DNA of 24,000 bases from Escherichia coli (GTDB lineage Bacteria > Pseudomonadota > Gammaproteobacteria > Enterobacterales > Enterobacteriaceae). The DNA lies in the NCBI RefSeq assembly GCF_029855145.1, contig NZ_CP123231.1. One strand, written 5' to 3'. Numbering within the stretch: the first letter of the stretch is position 1; each line of letters begins with the position of its first letter. Positions 20,842-24,000 of the stretch are shown here, piece by piece. Below the pieces are notes generated by a model, which saw only the letters and a list, made by a program, of their open reading frames with translations, was not told the DNA's origin and ran no database searches. Both the position numbers and the translations under genes were made by a program.

Positions 20842-20852
20842 GGAGAACTTGT

Positions 20853-21530
20853 ATGATGTACCACATTCCCGGCGTGTTATCGCCACAGGACGTCGCCCGT
20901 TTTCGCGAACACCTGGAACAAGCCGAATGGGTGGATGGGCGCGTCACCACCGGCGCACAAGGTGCGCAAGTTAAGAACAATCAACAAGTAGACACCCGCA
21001 GCGCCCTGTACGCCGCCCTGCAAAATGAGGTGCTGAACGCGGTTAACCAACATGCTTTGTTCTTTGCCGCGGCCTTGCCGCGTACCCTTTCCACGCCGCT
21101 GTTTAATCGCTATCAGAACAATGAAACCTATGGTTTTCATGTGGATGGCGCAGTACGCAGCCATCCACAAAACGGCTGGATGCGCACTGACCTTTCTGCC
21201 ACGCTGTTTTTAAGCGATCCAGAAAGCTACGACGGCGGCGAACTGGTCGTTAATGACACCTTCGGGCAACATCGGGTAAAACTCCCGGCAGGCGATCTGG
21301 TGTTGTATCCCTCCAGCAGCCTGCATTGCGTGACACCCGTAACCCGCGGCGTGCGAGTGGCATCATTTATGTGGATCCAGTCGATGATCCGTGATGATAA
21401 AAAGCGCGCCATGCTGTTTGAACTGGACAACAATATTCAGTCGCTGAAAAGCCGCTACGGCGAAAGTGAAGAGATCCTGTCACTGCTCAATCTTTATCAT
21501 AATCTGCTGCGGGAATGGTCGGAGATCTGA
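20853..21530 (+). CDS. ybiX: PiuC-family Fe(II)/2-oxoglutarate-dependent oxygenase YbiX, 225 aa
   Basis: ATGATG at 20853 follows ggaga. The metal-binding His-x-Asp is HVDG, with a distal His in [10 protein letters not shown] and Arg in [10 protein letters not shown]. Recognised sequence. Confidence 0.9.
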   Translation: MMYHIPGVLSPQDVARFREHLEQAEWVDGRVTTGAQGAQVKNNQQVDTRSALYAALQNEVLNAVNQHALFFAAALPRTLSTPLFNRYQNNETYGFHVDGAVRSHPQNGWMRTDLSATLFLSDPESYDGGELVVNDTFGQHRVKLPAGDLVLYPSSSLHCVTPVTRGVRVASFMWIQSMIRDDKKRAMLFELDNNIQSLKSRYGESEEILSLLNLYHNLLREWSEI

Positions 21531-21533
21531 CGC

Positions 21534-21561
21534 TTGAACTGCCCGAGTTCGTCCCTATATT
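21534..21561 (+). promoter_or_regulatory. Candidate sigma-70 promoter for ybiI
   Basis: TTGAAC, a 16-bp spacer, then TATATT, about 45 nt upstream of the ybiI ATG. This is a sequence match only. Confidence 0.4.
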
Positions 21562-21603
21562 AGCTACACTTAACTGTACAAGTATTGATATGGGGAGGAC
21601 GAT

Positions 21604-21870
21604 ATGGCATCCGGTTGGGCTAATGATGACGCCGTCAACGAACAGATCAACAGTACAATTGAAGATGCGATTGCCCGCGCTCGGGGTGAAATTCCGCGTG
21701 GCGAAAGCCTGTATGAATGTGAAGAGTGCGGTGCCCCTATCCCGCAGGCCCGTCGGGAAGCCATTCCTGGCGTGCGCTTATGCATTCATTGCCAACAGGA
21801 TAAAGATTTACAAAAACCAGCTTATACAGGATATAATCGCAGAGGTTCGAAAGACAGCCAGTTACGTTAA
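21604..21870 (+). CDS. ybiI: DksA/TraR-type C4 zinc-finger protein YbiI, 88 aa
   Basis: Strong SD ggggagga. CxxC-N17-CxxC (CEECGAPIPQARREAIPGVRLCIHC). Recognised sequence. Confidence 0.9.
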   Translation: MASGWANDDAVNEQINSTIEDAIARARGEIPRGESLYECEECGAPIPQARREAIPGVRLCIHCQQDKDLQKPAYTGYNRRGSKDSQLR

Positions 21871-22134
21871 CTGCAACTGACGGGATGTTTAGTGAGTGTA
21901 ATTTGTATTTTGCGTGGCATTCCGTGCCTTTAACGCTGCCGTGAGCACCACGCGGTACAAAACGGATTCATAAATACAACAAATAAATGGTTTATCAGTA
22001 TGTTAGATATCAATCAATTTATTTGAACAAGGCGGTCAATTCTCTTCGATTTTATCTCTCGTAAAAAAACGTGATACTCATCACATCGACGAAACAACGT
22101 CACTTATACAAAAATCACCTGCGAGAGATTAATT

Positions 22135-22395
22135 ATGAAAACTATCAATATTGTTGTTGCTGCTATGGCTCTTTCAACTCTGTCATTTGGCGTGTTCGCG
22201 GCGGAACCGGTAACGGCATCCCAGGCACAGAACATGAATAAAATCGGCGTGGTTTCTGCCGATGGCGCATCCACCCTCGATGCCCTGGAAGCGAAACTGG
22301 CTGAGAAAGCCGCGGCGGCCGGTGCCAGTGGATACAGCATTACTTCCGCCACCAACAACAATAAATTAAGCGGTACTGCGGTAATTTATAAGTAA
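22135..22395 (+). CDS. ybiJ: Small periplasmic DUF1471 (YhcN-family) protein YbiJ, 86 aa
   Basis: Signal peptide ends GVFA-AEP and the C-terminus is GTAVIYK. It is a paralogue of the gene at 17830-18090. The name is assigned from the recognised sequence and its position next to hcxB. Confidence 0.85.
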   Translation: MKTINIVVAAMALSTLSFGVFAAEPVTASQAQNMNKIGVVSADGASTLDALEAKLAEKAAAAGASGYSITSATNNNKLSGTAVIYK

Positions 22396-22398
22396 TTC

Positions 22399-22523
22399 GT
22401 AGGACAGATAAGGCGTTTACGCCGCATCCGGCAACAGATGCCTGATGCGACGCTACCGCGTCTTATCAGACCTACAAAATCCGAACCGTTGGCTGGATCA
22501 GGCGTTTACGCTACGTTCAGCAC
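22399..22523. repeat. REP/BIME cluster (two good REP units plus one degenerate unit)
   Basis: gtaggacagataaggcgtttacgccgcatccggca (22399-22433), gcctgatgcgacgctaccgcgtcttatcagacctac (22440-22475), and a degenerate unit ggctggatcaggcgtttacgctacgttcagcac (22491-22523). Confidence 0.8.
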
Positions 22524-22595
22524 AAGTATTTCCCTGTCTGTTTGCCGACAGACGCATATGCTCTAACCCTCATTGATCCTATGTTACCCTTGTTC

Positions 22596-22623
22596 GCCCG
22601 TCCGCCACTGGACGGGCTTTTTT

Positions 22624-22625
<2 letters not shown>
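22596..22625 (+). terminator. Plus-strand intrinsic terminator whose U-tract overlaps the hcxB stop codon
   Basis: gcccgtcc-gccact-ggacgggc followed by tttttttt (22618-22625). The T-run is on the + strand only. The hcxB TAA is the complement of 22624-22626. Confidence 0.7.

Positions 22626-24000
<1,375 letters not shown>

Overview
This window is a conserved Escherichia coli-type chromosomal core segment. It is collinear with the K-12 b0800-b0823 interval (ybiB to ybiW) and is presented here in reverse orientation. I call 23 protein genes, two of them truncated at the window edges. In order they are ybiW', ybiV, ybiT, ldtB, ybiR, mntR, mntS, opgE, ompX, rhtA, dps, glnHPQ, ybiO, rlmF, mcbA, fiu, ybiX, ybiI, ybiJ, hcxB and ybiB'. 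The non-coding features I can read directly are three REP/BIME clusters, about a dozen stem-loop terminators, the glnHp2 sigma-54 promoter with its NtrC and IHF sites, a Fur box upstream of fiu, MntR-type palindromes upstream of mntS, and sigma-S-style extended -10 elements upstream of dps and ybiO. I see no rRNA, tRNA, CRISPR array, IS element, integrase, phage remnant or defence-island-like insertion. Every intergenic gap is about 400 bp or shorter. All long unassigned ORFs in the track are antisense shadows of recognised genes, so there is no physical room for an undescribed multi-gene system and I do not claim one. The only clear structural departure from the K-12 arrangement as I remember it is the absence of ybiU (DUF1479). 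A 199-bp REP-filled spacer lies between ybiV and ybiT in its place. The remaining findings are modest: regulatory architecture, gene-overlap oddities, and poorly characterised conserved genes (ybiR, ybiX-ybiI, ybiW-ybiV).
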